Shown: piece by piece, positions 63,146-64,000 of the stretch
Layout: every line of letters begins with the position of its first letter
Numbering within the stretch: the first letter of the stretch is position 1
From: Nitrosomonas sp.
GTDB lineage: Bacteria > Pseudomonadota > Gammaproteobacteria > Burkholderiales > Nitrosomonadaceae
Direction: 5' to 3'
DNA: 64,000 bases
Assembly: GCF_020852615.1 (NCBI RefSeq)
Contig: NZ_JADZAJ010000023.1
Coordinates: 92,967 to 156,966 of the forward strand
Notes under the pieces: generated by a model
What the model was told of the DNA's origin: nothing
The model's input: the letters and a program-made list of their open reading frames with translations, nothing else
Databases searched by the model: none
Translations under genes and position numbers: made by a program

Positions 63146-63204
63146 GACTAACGCCCTGATTTCAGCCGATGCTGTGGGCAATCGGCTGTGACAAAGTGTT
63201 AGAT
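63146..63204 (-). other. attC site (59-base element)
   Basis: Minus strand ATCTAAC-ACTTTG-TCACAGCCGAT-TGCCCACAGC-ATCGGCTGA-AATCAGGGC-GTTAGTC: RYYYAAC inverse core, paired L boxes, GTT core. Confidence 0.88.
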
Positions 63205-63549
63205 CAAACAAATAACAGCTACTGATAAATCAGTGGGAGCAAGAGCGGGCAAAAACACGATACCTGAATATTGTGAACCCTGATAGGGTGGAGAGCAGGT
63301 TTCACGAACTCTTTGGGGCTGCGAATTACAGCCATTTCTGATGGCACGAGTGGCAAAAGAATCCTGTTTTGCCACTGCACCATGCTTCTATAGTTCGATT
63401 ACTATGGATGGAAACCGCTTTGCACCTGGAGCAGCGAAAGGTTTTTTCTTTTGGCTCCCGCTCTTCTCTCGTTTGGGAAGCAATTTCCCGACAAATGCGA
63501 ATATTATAAAGGCGATAACAGCAGTGGTTGCTGTATTTTCAGTGTGCAT
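63199..63549 (-). pseudogene. Frameshifted gene cassette: TM + CxxC...CxxC Zn-ribbon protein
   Basis: MHTENTATTAVIAFIIFAFVGKLLPKR / EPKEKTFRCSRCK...EAWCSGKTGFFCHSCHQKWL* / third frame ends at the TAA inside the attC inverse core. Confidence 0.75.
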
Positions 63550-63640
63550 GCTTAATCTTTTCTACATCCTCAACGTTTAAATTGAGGGAAATAAAATGGA
63601 TAGCCTGTTGTTTTGTTTTTTCTTTTGTTTTTTTGTTTGC

Positions 63641-63924
63641 GACGGTGGCCGGTACCTGGCTGATGACGCTGCACGGTCTGCGTGTGCTGTGCGGGAATGA
63701 ACTGCCGGTGCGTGGCGAGATTAAGGTTTACATGGCGGATGCACGCGATGCCGGTATTACCGGGGGGGGCCTGTTCCCAATACCTGGCTGGACGGGTTAA
63801 AAAATATGGATCTGGTCAGTGAATTCGGTGTGGATCCCGGTTTCTGGAAATCTTTTTCCGATGGGGTGGAGCACATTCAGGTAACGGATGGCAAGATCGA
63901 CATTTGTTTCAAAGAGTAACTTTC
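63641..63924 (+). pseudogene. Chimeric duplicated relic of the fmdE-like and downstream hypothetical genes
   Basis: 63641-63763 matches 57583-57705 (7 mismatches); 63763-63924 matches 58661-58822 (8 mismatches); joined at a G-run. Confidence 0.95.
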
Positions 63925-64000
63925 AATGCTCTTCGTCGTTCAGTGGCTGTGTATTTAGCCATATTGTGATGGAATGGACCGATATTTGTTACGTTGCAAT

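Noticed and set aside
63119-63211. N-terminal extension of the HAF lipoprotein ORF
   Set aside because: It reads through the attC site; real start is 63118 or 63100
63528-63800. 90-aa ORF resembling FmdE
   Set aside because: Chance read-through from the T-rich tract into the duplicated relic; not a real gene
63641-63924. Diversity-generating retroelement TR/VR pair
   Set aside because: Differences are not adenine-specific, no reverse transcriptase is present in the window, and the copy is a deletion chimera

Overview
A 64-kb betaproteobacterial chromosomal window, very probably Nitrosomonas (europaea/eutropha lineage). That call is inferred from a homologue of the HAO-associated protein NE1300, a PEP-CTERM TPR protein and the gene order. 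Most of the window is housekeeping: an IscR-led SUF operon, prsT, cysM, ydbH-ynbE-ydbL, argD-argF-argG, fliL-fliR, gshA/gshB, rplU-rpmA-obgE-proB, phoR, hfq-hflXKC-hisZ-purA and a Lon protease. There are two accessory zones. (1) At about 29.9-32.8 kb, pilA is followed by an A-rich palindromic element and a RAYT/Y1 HUH transposase. (2) At about 57.5-64 kb lies a decayed integron that the ORF track misses: a mutated integron-integrase C-terminal relic (60.04-60.32 kb), an intact 59-bp attC site (63146-63204), a frameshifted Zn-ribbon cassette and a HAF-repeat lipoprotein cassette. This block sits between the fmdE-hypothetical locus and an internally deleted, about 95%-identical direct copy of it. 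Other hidden features are a structured 212-nt leader ending in a terminator-like hairpin before purA, a purA N-terminus that can only start at CTG, IS5-type MITEs (one of 53 bp rewrites a cytochrome c C-terminus), and a shared A-rich end motif at mobile-element borders. No CRISPR array, rRNA or tRNA was seen. All calls come from motif reading and recall; no database searches were run.
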